64,000 nt of DNA from an uncultured Methanoregulaceae archaeon (GCA_964428385.1 CAYRYR010000001.1:20-64019); one strand, 5' to 3'. Counted from the first letter of the stretch, positions 19,784 to 27,695 are shown. Numbers and translations are program-made. Notes: generated by a model not told the origin, from the letters alone.

Positions 19784-20412
19784 TCATCGGTGAGCAGTTT
19801 CTGAGGTACCATCTGCATCATATCGTGGCATTTGTTTCCCGTATTCGAGCACTGGGATGAAAATCTTACATTGCCCGGTCCCTGCTGATTCTACGAGACG
19901 AAGTTTAAGAAAGGCATTTGCCAGAGTCTGATTACACGGAGTTGACTCATGACGAAGGATGTTTTGGAGAGTTATATTCCCGATAAATCCTCCCGGACTG
20001 GTTACTACCAGTTCCGAAGCTGCATGACGGATTAATACTTCTCCTGGATTGGTGTAGTCCCGATGAGTAACTGCATTGAGTACGACTTCACGAACAACAT
20101 CGAGAGGAAAGGCTGGGACAAATAGTTTAAAGAGATCAACTTATATCTCCTCTTTCGGGTTGATGAACATAATGTACCTGACAATGAGGACAGAGATGGT
20201 ATCCGGTTTCCAGAGAGAAGCAGCCCTGCATTGGTTACTGAGTCTCCCCGGACAGCTTCGATGCCTCGTAGGAAGGCGTCATCAGACATTTTAAGCAACT
20301 CAGATTCTGGATTTTTACTTCTCAAAGTCGCTCGTGCCTGGGCGATCTCAAGAGGATCAAGGTCATCAGGGGTGATCCGGGAACTTGTTATCCACTCCGT
20401 ACACTCCCGAAA
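19784..20412 (-). pseudogene. Decayed AlbA_2/HATPase_c_4-type (RecG-C-terminal-like, Schlafen-related) putative regulator. N-terminally truncated and frameshifted, with an in-frame TAA.
   Basis: My own translation gives ...VVREVVLNAVTHRDYTNPGEVLIRHAASELVVTSPGGFIGNITLQNILRHESTPCNQTLANAFLKLRLVESAGTG (HATPase_c_4 signature) with no start codon. An in-frame TAA lies at 20141-20143. The upstream part (SVTNAGLLLSGN) is in a different frame. The remnant abuts the purQ stop. Confidence 0.7.
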
Positions 20413-20432
20413 CTATCAAAAATAGGTTTGGA

Positions 20433-21287
20433 TTACCGGAAATACTCAACGATATTTTGGAATAATTTCATATTCATGGACTCTGCCGGAACAAAAAGTT
20501 GCTGCCGTTTCAGCCGTTCTTTCTGCAGGGGCCAGTCATACTGGTTGACAAATTCCATCGCACGCTCTGGGTGGGGCATCATTGCGAGGACCTTCCCGTC
20601 TGCTGAGGTGATACCAGCGATATCAGCAGTCGAGCCGTTGGGGTTGAAGGGATATTCACCATCTGCAGGGGTCAGATTCTCCCGGCAATACGTAAAAGCT
20701 ACCATCTTCTGGCTCTTCAGTCTGAGCAGCGTCTCCCTGGAACAGGAAAAGTTCCCTTCTCCATGCGATACCGGACAGACTATCCGTTCAATACCCGTTG
20801 TCCAGAGGTTATCAGCAGCGGGTTTGATAGTGACATACCGGCACTCAAGTACCCCTTTGCGGTTTGGCATCAGGGCAATATCCCGTTTGAACTGCTTATC
20901 AAATGCCGGTACAAGCCCGAGATTTGCAAGAATTTGAAACCCGTTACATATTCCGAGTACCAGGTTATCTTCTTCAAGGAATTCAGTAACATCATTCCAG
21001 AGATTGTTCCGCACCCGGTTTGCATAGGCATTGCCGGCTCCGGTATCGTCACCGTATGAGAACCCGCCCGGAAATACGAGCAGACGGTAATCGGTCATCT
21101 GCTGTTTTTGGTCAATCAGGTCGTTAATGTGGACGATATCCGCATCCATACCGGCACGGGCTAACGCTTCCCTTGTCTCCATCTCGGAATTTATCCCAAA
21201 CCCGCTCATGATAAGAGCCTTATCAGGAATCATATCCTGCTCTGGGACACTCCCTTGAGGACGTGATGAGGGAAATGCTAAAGTCAT
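20433..21287 (-). CDS. purQ: Phosphoribosylformylglycinamidine synthase I (glutamine amidotransferase subunit)
   Basis: GATase motif GICNGFQIL plus PHPER. The ATG lies 2 nt after the purL stop. Confidence 0.9.
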   Translation of the reverse strand: MTLAFPSSRPQGSVPEQDMIPDKALIMSGFGINSEMETREALARAGMDADIVHINDLIDQKQQMTDYRLLVFPGGFSYGDDTGAGNAYANRVRNNLWNDVTEFLEEDNLVLGICNGFQILANLGLVPAFDKQFKRDIALMPNRKGVLECRYVTIKPAADNLWTTGIERIVCPVSHGEGNFSCSRETLLRLKSQKMVAFTYCRENLTPADGEYPFNPNGSTADIAGITSADGKVLAMMPHPERAMEFVNQYDWPLQKERLKRQQLFVPAESMNMKLFQNIVEYFR

Positions 21288-21289
21288 TT

Positions 21290-24229
21290 TTAGTACCCCC
21301 CAAACGGTTTCTTATACGCTGCTTCAAGGTCACTGACCGGTACAGAGATTTGCAGGGATTTTCCGGTGATTTGCAGGTTCTTTCCACTCACACGACCTAT
21401 CAGGGCAGCATCTGACCCCATTGCCAGTTCAAACGATCGTTTCTTATCAGATGCAACCGTGATGATGAACCTCCCGAGCGTCTCTGAAAAGAGAGAATAA
21501 TCTGGTCTTTTGGCTTCGGAGAGGGTGATGTCCATCCCAAGCCGGCCGGCGATTGCAACCTTGGCAAGGGCAACCCCTAGGCCCCCATGGGTGACCGGAA
21601 ACGCAGAAGCAACGAGATCGTGTAGGATAGCCGTGGATAGCCGCTGGTACCGGGTTTTCATGGAAGGGATATCCAGGGCTGGCACCGTGCCACTGGTGCT
21701 GCCAAGATAGGCAAAGTACTCAGATCCTCCGAGTTCTTCAGCAGTCTCTCCTATGAGGTAGACCAGATCCCCTTCTATCTTTGCATCCATCGAGACTGCT
21801 TTCTTAACATCCGGATGAATTCCGATGGAAGAGATGAGGAGGGTTGGGGGCACTGAGACCTTTACGGGATTGTTATTCTCGTCAAACCCGGAAAAATCAT
21901 TGAACATGCTGTCCTTGCCTGAGATAAAAGGGGTCTGAAACCCGATAGCCCCGTCATAGCACCCGATAGCAGCACATTTCAGCTGGTCAAGTCGTCTTGG
22001 ATCATCAGATGAACACCAGCAGAAGTTATCGAGGATGGCTATCGCATCCAGGGGGATACCAAGAGCTATCAGCCCCCGAATCGCCGTATCAATGCAGGCA
22101 CCGGCCATGTGATAGGGATCTATCTCAGAGTACGACGGGAAGATCCCCTGTGAGAGCCCGATTCCTTTCTCTGAGTCAGAGACGACTTTTGTCAGGGTTG
22201 CCATCCCCTGCACTCTTCCTACTCCCTGGACCGGCCCGAGCACGTGTCCGCCCTGAACGGTATGGTCATACTGGATAGAGATAAACTCCTTTGAACAGAT
22301 GTTCTTTCGGGCAAGCATCGCCTTTAAGGTCTCATCAAGATGGTCAGGACACCGGGTTTCCGGGCTTTTGACCTCTGGAGCGGTATGAACCGTCCGAAGA
22401 TGTTTTTCAGGAAGGCCGTCGTGGAGGAAGGAAAGCTCGATATCCATAACCACGGTTCCATGGAACTCAACCACACACCGACCGGTATCGGTGAACGTCC
22501 CGATAACGGCAGCCTCGACTTCCCGGTGACGCAGTAAGTCCATGAACTCATCAAGATTTTCCGGGGGGACGGCGAGTGTCATCCGTTCCTGTGATTCAGA
22601 TATCCAGATCTCCCACGGTGCCATCCCCGGGTATTTGAGCGGGACTTTATCAAGCCAGACATGACACCCGTTGCATTCCTTCGCCATCTCGGCAACTGAA
22701 CACGAGATCCCGCCGGCCCCGTTATCGGTGATGCTGCTATAAAGTCCAAGGTCGCGGGCTTCCTTGACGATAACATCTGATAATTTCTTCTGGGTTATAG
22801 GATCGCCAATTTGCACGGCAGTAACAGGACTTCCCGGATCAAGTGCCTCGGAAGAGAAAGTTGCTCCATGGATCCCGTCTTTTCCGACACGGCCTCCAGC
22901 CATGACGACGAGGTCACCCGGCTTTGCCTGTTTCTCATAGAGTTTCCGGGTATCATCCCCACGGGGCATGATGCCGACAGTGCCGGCAAAGACAAGGGGT
23001 TTACCTACATAGCGGTCGTCAAACCAGACAAAACCCTGGGGAGTCGGGATGCCTGAACAATTACCTCCGACCCCGACCCCGGATACAACCCCGTCAAGGA
23101 TTCTACGTGGGGAAAGGATCGGATTTGAATGGTCCTTTCCGCGATAGAGGGCCGGATTGCTATCAGGGTCACCGACACAGAACCCGTAGATATTGATACA
23201 GGGTTTCGCTCCAAGGCCAAACCCGATGGTATCCCGGTTTACTCCCACAATACCGGTGAGGGCACCGCCAAAGGGATCAAGGGCAGATGGGGAATTGTGT
23301 GTCTCGACTTTATGAGTTACAAGATACTGGTCATCAAAAATAATCGCACCTGAATTGTCGGAAAAGACACTCAGGCAGATATCCTTGTCCCCTTTCTCCT
23401 CCCTAATCTTACTTGTGGCCGCCTGGATGCAGGTCTTGTAAAGACCCTTTGGTATATCATCGTCCATGGGTGATGCAAAGATCGTATGCTTGCAGTGCTC
23501 ACTCCACGTCTGGGCAAGAGACTCTATCTCAATATCTGTTGGTTTTCTCCCTTTTTCGGTAAAGTAATCCCGGATTGCATGCAGCTGGGCGAGGTCAAGG
23601 GCGAGCGGCCCCCTTCGCAGGCCGGTCTCTGGATCGATTATTCCCTCTTTCCCGATCCTGATAAGATCCTGGTCATCCAGGCTCAGATCAACCAGCTCAG
23701 CGGTAGGCAACTCGTGAAGTTCTACGAACGGAACAACAACGTCCATGCCCACGGTCCCGTACTCAGCCCTGGTTTTTATATGCACCCTGTTTACAAGCGG
23801 GTTTGCGAGCGTTGCTGCCAGGTTCTCTAAAGCCCCGGGAGTAAGTCTCCCACAGACAAAGTAGAGCTGCGAGGAGTAGACCGCTTCACCCGGTTCAAAC
23901 TTCCTCTTCGTAAAGTCCTCAATAGTCTGACGTGCGGTTGTACCTACGTTATCGGTTACGCCCGGCAGGAAACCAACCTCGATGGCGAGATCGAAGAATA
24001 TCTTTGTCGCTTCATCCACCGTAAATTTCTGAACCACCGGATTACTCAGCTGAAGGCCAATCTCCCTGAGTTCTTCAGAAGTGAAATCCCGGGAATTCGT
24101 GGAGATGGTGTAGATATCGATTACGTGGAGTTCTTCAATGGGAAACCCAAGTGAGCGAATCCGATCGGTTCTGACTGTAAGGCGGGGATCGGCCTTATAA
24201 CGGACTTCTATCCGGTGGATATATGCCAT
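21290..24229 (-). CDS. purL: Phosphoribosylformylglycinamidine synthase II, long form with an N-terminal PurS-like extension
   Basis: HCKHTIF, ETHNSPSA, DNGAGGIS and SESQERM motifs. Probable start MAYIHRIEV at 24229; the track ORF extends to 24319 through implausible residues. Confidence 0.9.
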   Translation of the reverse strand: MAYIHRIEVRYKADPRLTVRTDRIRSLGFPIEELHVIDIYTISTNSRDFTSEELREIGLQLSNPVVQKFTVDEATKIFFDLAIEVGFLPGVTDNVGTTARQTIEDFTKRKFEPGEAVYSSQLYFVCGRLTPGALENLAATLANPLVNRVHIKTRAEYGTVGMDVVVPFVELHELPTAELVDLSLDDQDLIRIGKEGIIDPETGLRRGPLALDLAQLHAIRDYFTEKGRKPTDIEIESLAQTWSEHCKHTIFASPMDDDIPKGLYKTCIQAATSKIREEKGDKDICLSVFSDNSGAIIFDDQYLVTHKVETHNSPSALDPFGGALTGIVGVNRDTIGFGLGAKPCINIYGFCVGDPDSNPALYRGKDHSNPILSPRRILDGVVSGVGVGGNCSGIPTPQGFVWFDDRYVGKPLVFAGTVGIMPRGDDTRKLYEKQAKPGDLVVMAGGRVGKDGIHGATFSSEALDPGSPVTAVQIGDPITQKKLSDVIVKEARDLGLYSSITDNGAGGISCSVAEMAKECNGCHVWLDKVPLKYPGMAPWEIWISESQERMTLAVPPENLDEFMDLLRHREVEAAVIGTFTDTGRCVVEFHGTVVMDIELSFLHDGLPEKHLRTVHTAPEVKSPETRCPDHLDETLKAMLARKNICSKEFISIQYDHTVQGGHVLGPVQGVGRVQGMATLTKVVSDSEKGIGLSQGIFPSYSEIDPYHMAGACIDTAIRGLIALGIPLDAIAILDNFCWCSSDDPRRLDQLKCAAIGCYDGAIGFQTPFISGKDSMFNDFSGFDENNNPVKVSVPPTLLISSIGIHPDVKKAVSMDAKIEGDLVYLIGETAEELGGSEYFAYLGSTSGTVPALDIPSMKTRYQRLSTAILHDLVASAFPVTHGGLGVALAKVAIAGRLGMDITLSEAKRPDYSLFSETLGRFIITVASDKKRSFELAMGSDAALIGRVSGKNLQITGKSLQISVPVSDLEAAYKKPFGGY

Positions 24230-24761
24230 GAGTACCTGGTACTTAATGGTTTTTTTAAGCAAAATAAGTATCAAATAAAAACAGTCTTGCAGAGATGTAA
24301 AAATCTTCTGGAGGGTCATGTATCCATGACTCTGAAAGGGATAACATCAATTAGAATTCTAAAAGGAATACTGATATTTGGTTGGCATTTACCAGGAAAT
24401 ATCTCCGAACCAAAGCATATCCGGTGATTTTCTCCATTAGTTCCTAACATTATGAATAGGGGGGAGAATCCACCCGCCGCGGTTTATAAAAGTCACTACA
24501 GCCGAATTTATTTATCAGCTGAACCGGTGCATGGCCCAGGAATCTCCCGAACTCCACCATGTCGCCGACATCCTTTCCAATCACCGGAATCTGGCTTACT
24601 TCGAAAATTAATCTGATCCGCCAGATAATTAATGAAGAATACCTTATATTTACCGGTGAATCCTTCTATCCCCTTCTTTTAAAGGATGGTCGTGTTCCTC
24701 CGGCGAGCATCACTGTGATTTGCGTTCAGAAAATCACGGTTTTCGCACTTTTATAGCCATC

Positions 24762-25274
24762 TCACTCAACAGACAGACAGATATCAAGTACATGATACTT
24801 TTCAGGATGCTCTTCAGGGTTGTTTAGATACACCTCGTAACTCGCCCGGGACAGATCAATTGTAAGATTATTCTCTGTCACCCACTCATGAATCGTGCCC
24901 CATGCTGGGCCATATTCTTCCGCCCCAGTCAGTTCTACACGCATTACTGCATATGTTCCACCTGGAAGTTTTTTCTTTTTAATTTCCCCATCAACTTCAA
25001 CGTCATCTTGTATGGTCATGCAAACATCCAGTCTGAGTTTTTCCGGAGGGGTAACATTTTGATCATCATAATAGGCTGATAAAAGAACCGTATCAGATCC
25101 CATTAATTGTTTGTCAAACGCCCAGCCACAGAGTTTTTCAAACAAGCCTCTAAATACCTCGGCGTTTCCCAGATAGTTACCGATAAATGAAACGCATGCA
25201 ACATTTCTTTCTTTGATCTCAGTGATTTCTGGTCCGTTTATAATTCTCAATTGTATCACCTGCTTTATGTGCAA
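24762..25274 (-). CDS. GyrI-like (SOUL/AraC-effector-binding fold) small-molecule-binding protein
   Basis: Two-lobed GyrI-like pattern (VACVSFIGNY...FEKLCGWA; GGTYAVMRVELTG...AWGTIHEWV). No in-frame ATG upstream; the start appears to be TTG at 25274. Confidence 0.6.
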   Translation of the reverse strand: MHIKQVIQLRIINGPEITEIKERNVACVSFIGNYLGNAEVFRGLFEKLCGWAFDKQLMGSDTVLLSAYYDDQNVTPPEKLRLDVCMTIQDDVEVDGEIKKKKLPGGTYAVMRVELTGAEEYGPAWGTIHEWVTENNLTIDLSRASYEVYLNNPEEHPEKYHVLDICLSVE

Positions 25275-25459
25275 AAGAATGTCAGTTTTCTCTCTATATA
25301 ATGTCCATATCCCACAGGGTGAAAGTAATTTTGGTCAATAGAGAAGGCCGGTATTGGTGGTATCTTTTCAGTTGATAGAATTCATTGACTGGATTCTGTA
25401 CTGCCGATACCGTGAAGATATGAGACGGATTGTTATGGTAACACTAACCATGCACCAAG

Positions 25460-25628
25460 ACGTTCTTTAGAAAGTGGATCACTTCCTATTAGCACATCTT
25501 AATAAACTCATAAATTTGATATTTTTGTAAAATAAGCTTGATTAAGGTATAATCCACCAAAATGATCAGGCTGGATCATAGTGAATCAGGTGGATCAGAC
25601 TTAACTTTTTTAGAAGTAAATATAATTT
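25460..25628. repeat. Direct repeat copy 1 (~169 bp), upstream of the relBE-like cassette
   Basis: Aligns by eye at roughly 85% identity with 26237-26405 (ACGTTCTTTAGAAAGTGGAT...CATCTTAATAA.CTCATAAATTTGATATTTTTGTAAAATAAGC...GGATCATAGTG...). Confidence 0.85.
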
Positions 25629-25695
25629 GAACCATTCCAACAATCTGATATGATAAGAGAGATATGAGTATCTACATAGAGGTGGATGAATAATT

Positions 25696-25923
25696 ATGAT
25701 TGAGTCTATCCCGATTCCTTCAGATATTAAGAACCGGTTGGATCAATTGATGCAGCCTGGTGAAACATACGGAGATGTTATTGATAAACTTCTCTCTGAA
25801 TTAACAGAGGAAGATGAATTAAGCCCTGAAGAAGAGGATATGGTATCTGAAGGACTTAAAGCAATTAAAGCAAAGAAAACCATTCCACACGAACAAGTCA
25901 TGCAGGAATTAGGAGTCAGATGA
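25696..25923 (+). CDS. Antitoxin of a RelE/ParE-type toxin-antitoxin module
   Basis: 75 aa with an acidic middle and a C-terminal ...GLKAIKAKKTIPHEQVMQELGV tail, typical of archaeal RelE-partner antitoxins. ATGA overlap with the toxin ORF. Confidence 0.65.
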   Translation: MIESIPIPSDIKNRLDQLMQPGETYGDVIDKLLSELTEEDELSPEEEDMVSEGLKAIKAKKTIPHEQVMQELGVR

Positions 25924-26198
25924 GTTACTCAATAGAATGGACTCCACAAGCTAAAAGAGCAGCTAAAAATATTCAACAAGATATTCTCTATAAGTTTGAT
26001 AAAAAACTCATTACATTATCACAGTAACAAAACCCGGGTGAAGGACTTAAAAAGATTCATACTAAAAAAGGAATGGTTCTTTATTCGGTCCGTGAAGGGG
26101 AATACAGGCTTCTTTTAACGGTTGATAATGGGATTATGTATATTTTCGTTATTGGTATAGGACCGCGAAAAGTGGTTTATCGAAAATTCCAATCCTGA
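25920..26198 (+). pseudogene. RelE/ParE-family toxin interrupted by an in-frame TAA (codon 36)
   Basis: MSYSIEWTPQAKRAAKNI...LSQ*QNPGEGLKKIHTKKGMVLYSVREGEYRLLLTVDNGIMYIFVIGIGPRKVVYRKF. This is the RelE/ParE pattern (xNPxxGxxL ... GxYRxxY ... IxxIGxRKxVY). TAA at 26025-26027. Confidence 0.75.
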
Positions 26199-26236
26199 AA
26201 AATGCTCTTTCATGGCCGGTAGATACATACCCCTAT

Positions 26237-26405
26237 ACGTTCTTTAGAAAGTGGATAACCTCCTATCAGCACATCTTAATAAGCTCATAAATTTGATATT
26301 TTTGTAAAATAAGCGTGATTAATGTATGATCCACCGAAATGATTAGGTTGGATCATAGTGGAGCAGGTAGATTAGATTTAACATTCTCTAGAAGTTAATA
26401 TTATC
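26237..26405. repeat. Direct repeat copy 2 (~169 bp), downstream of the relBE-like cassette
   Basis: See copy 1. Ends 6 nt before the stop of the zinc-ribbon ORF on the opposite strand. Confidence 0.85.
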
Positions 26406-26411
26406 TTAATT

Positions 26412-26675
26412 TCAAGTGCGATTCCAATTTACTATAAGCTCTGCGATGGTTGATTTCATCTCATTATCACTGACACGTTTTAGAGATTCTATCACATCTG
26501 ACAACGTTTTTATTTTTTCAAATCTGACAATCTCTTTTTTATGATACGCGATCACAGAATCGTATAGTTTATCTATATTTTCTTGGATTAGATCTAGCTC
26601 AACCAGTGGGGACCCGCAGCGTAAACATAGTTTTGATCCCTCGGGATTGTGCATAAGGCAGTTATTGCAGATCAA
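26412..26675 (-). CDS. Zinc-ribbon (CxxC...CxxC) protein with a helical C-terminal part
   Basis: ICNNCLMHNPEGSKLCLRCGSPL. Only a TTG start preserves the first CxxC. The ORF is in frame with the RHH ORF immediately upstream (see findings). Confidence 0.5.
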   Translation of the reverse strand: MICNNCLMHNPEGSKLCLRCGSPLVELDLIQENIDKLYDSVIAYHKKEIVRFEKIKTLSDVIESLKRVSDNEMKSTIAELIVNWNRT

Positions 26676-26702
26676 TGGATCGGGATTTTTCCCTAAATGT
26701 TT

Positions 26703-26822
26703 CTATAATATTGAGATTAGTAATTTAGTTGCTGTTGTTCCCTGATCCGTTGCGACTGATTTTAATTCAGAATACAAACTGTCAGGAATTTTAAGGCCTA
26801 TTTGAACCATTTTTTCAGGCAT
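26703..26822 (-). CDS. Ribbon-helix-helix (CopG/Arc-like) mini-protein, 39 aa, ending in TAG
   Basis: My translation: MPEKMVQIGLKIPDSLYSELKSVATDQGTTATKLLISIL*, a beta-strand plus helix RHH pattern. Too short for the ORF track. Confidence 0.45.
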   Translation of the reverse strand: MPEKMVQIGLKIPDSLYSELKSVATDQGTTATKLLISIL

Positions 26823-26907
26823 TGATATGATATAGATCAAGGTCAGGTTTTATAATTCTGGTATAAATATCTAGAAATATAGGCAATTATCAACTAAATT
26901 ATTTTAT

Positions 26908-26934
26908 CTATATATGTATATATATATATGTACA
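26908..26934 (+). promoter_or_regulatory. TA-rich tract (TATA-box-like) directly upstream of the 48-aa RHH gene; possibly a shared divergent promoter
   Basis: TCTATATATGTATATATATATATGTACA ends 7 nt before the ATG at 26941. That spacing would fit a leaderless archaeal mRNA. Confidence 0.3.
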
Positions 26935-26940
26935 TTACAC

Positions 26941-27087
26941 ATGAGAAACGGCGTTGAATTCAGCCCCGTGTCAACTGTGATCCCATCTGATCTTAAGGGA
27001 CGGGCAAAAGAAACAGGATTGAAATTTAGTCATGTCTTGGTTGAGGCGTTGGAAAATAAACTGAAGAATGTTACAGATAATGGATGA
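26941..27087 (+). CDS. Ribbon-helix-helix (CopG-like) mini-protein, 48 aa
   Basis: My translation: MRNGVEFSPVSTVIPSDLKGRAKETGLKFSHVLVEALENKLKNVTDNG*. Clean RHH pattern. Not in the ORF track (<60 aa). Confidence 0.5.
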   Translation: MRNGVEFSPVSTVIPSDLKGRAKETGLKFSHVLVEALENKLKNVTDNG

Positions 27088-27278
27088 TCCTACTGACCGG
27101 ACCCAGGAAAAAACCCCCTGTTAAACGGGACACGTTGGAAACCCTACCTGAGTATTTTTGAAAATTTTTCGAATCGGCTGAGCGGAGGGGGTTCTGTAGT
27201 TATCGATCCGTGATTTTTCATTCTGTTTAAATGTAAAATTATGCATAGGCTTTGTCAGACAAAGGCGAGGATCTAAAA

Positions 27279-27430
27279 ATGGTAACAATATCCATAAGAA
27301 AAGGTGAGGTTTTCATGAATGTTTGTGTCAGTTTTCCAAAGGAATTAAGATACCAGGCATGTGGAGACAATATCTCACTCTCAAAGATGATGACGCAACA
27401 ACTTAAAGAAATGTACGGTTGTGAAAAATA
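27279..27430 (+). pseudogene. Probable frameshifted RHH mini-gene
   Basis: MVTISIRKGEVFMNVCVSFPKELRYQALETISHSQR* in one frame. A plausible second helix, MMTQQLKEMYGCEK*, lies in the next frame. TAATG junction to a further 42-aa ORF (27430-27558). Confidence 0.25.
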
Positions 27431-27570
27431 ATGAGTAAAAACAGAGGCACGGGTATCGGCAAATACCCGAAACTGAAAATACAACGGTACACAGACCCCG
27501 GATGTTTACATGGAGATTTCTATGTTAAAGAAGGATATTCGTTAAACGCGAGTAGTTAAAATTACCTTAG

Positions 27571-27586
27571 GAATAAAACAAAAAAG
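27571..27586 (-). terminator. Oligo-T tract immediately 3' of tRNA-Phe
   Basis: The minus strand reads CTTTTTTGTTTTATTC directly after the discriminator base. Confidence 0.4.
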
Positions 27587-27660
27587 TGCCCCAGCCCGGA
27601 TTTGAACCGGGGACAACCAGATCTTCAGTCTGGCGCTCTCCCAGGCTGAGCTACTGAGGC
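27587..27660 (-). tRNA. tRNA-Phe (anticodon GAA), 74 nt, no encoded CCA
   Basis: Folded by hand. Acceptor GCCTCAG/CTGGGGC (one G-U pair), D arm GCTC-AGCCTGGGA-GAGC, anticodon arm CCAGA-CTGAAGA-TCTGG, variable loop TTGTC, T arm CCCGG-TTCAAAT-CCGGG, discriminator A. Confidence 0.9.
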
Positions 27661-27684
27661 GCGGCTAAAGTAATTAGCGCCGGA

Positions 27685-27695
27685 AATAATTAAAT
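27685..27695 (-). promoter_or_regulatory. Candidate TATA box for tRNA-Phe
   Basis: The minus strand reads TTTAATTATTT, centred about 30 nt upstream of the tRNA 5' end. Confidence 0.3.

Noticed and set aside
21510-24427. Multiple 60-115-aa ORFs on the plus strand inside purL, with similar nested ORFs inside fusA, the SNF2 gene, metG, hom and the permease gene
   Set aside because: These are typical shadow ORFs opposite or overlapping long, well-supported genes. They are Arg/Ser/Pro-rich or low-complexity and have no independent evidence.
24470-24760. Gene fragments on the minus strand between purL and the GyrI-like gene
   Set aside because: The protein-like stretches sit in two frames, have no start codon, contain several stops, and match no family I can name. 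They are recorded as probable debris within the islet finding rather than as a feature.
26703-26705. In-frame TAG between the RHH and zinc-ribbon ORFs read as pyrrolysine
   Set aside because: Pyl decoding is known mainly from Methanosarcinales and a few other lineages and needs pylTSBCD. Nothing in this window indicates that machinery. Many ordinary genes here appear to end in TAG-free stops, and two other accessory genes carry in-frame TAA, so simple nonsense decay is the more economical reading. I kept it as a checkable alternative only.
27239-27484. 81-aa minus-strand ORF next to tRNA-Phe
   Set aside because: The composition looks like antisense translation of the plus-strand RHH remnants. 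There is no motif, and it would run into the tRNA terminator region.
27100-27586. An att site or integrase indicating an intact integrative element at the 3' end of tRNA-Phe
   Set aside because: I scanned the 3 kb on the 3' side of the tRNA for a copy of the tRNA 3' segment (CCGGTTCAAATCCGGG...) and for integrase-like ORFs and found neither. Only degraded small genes are present.
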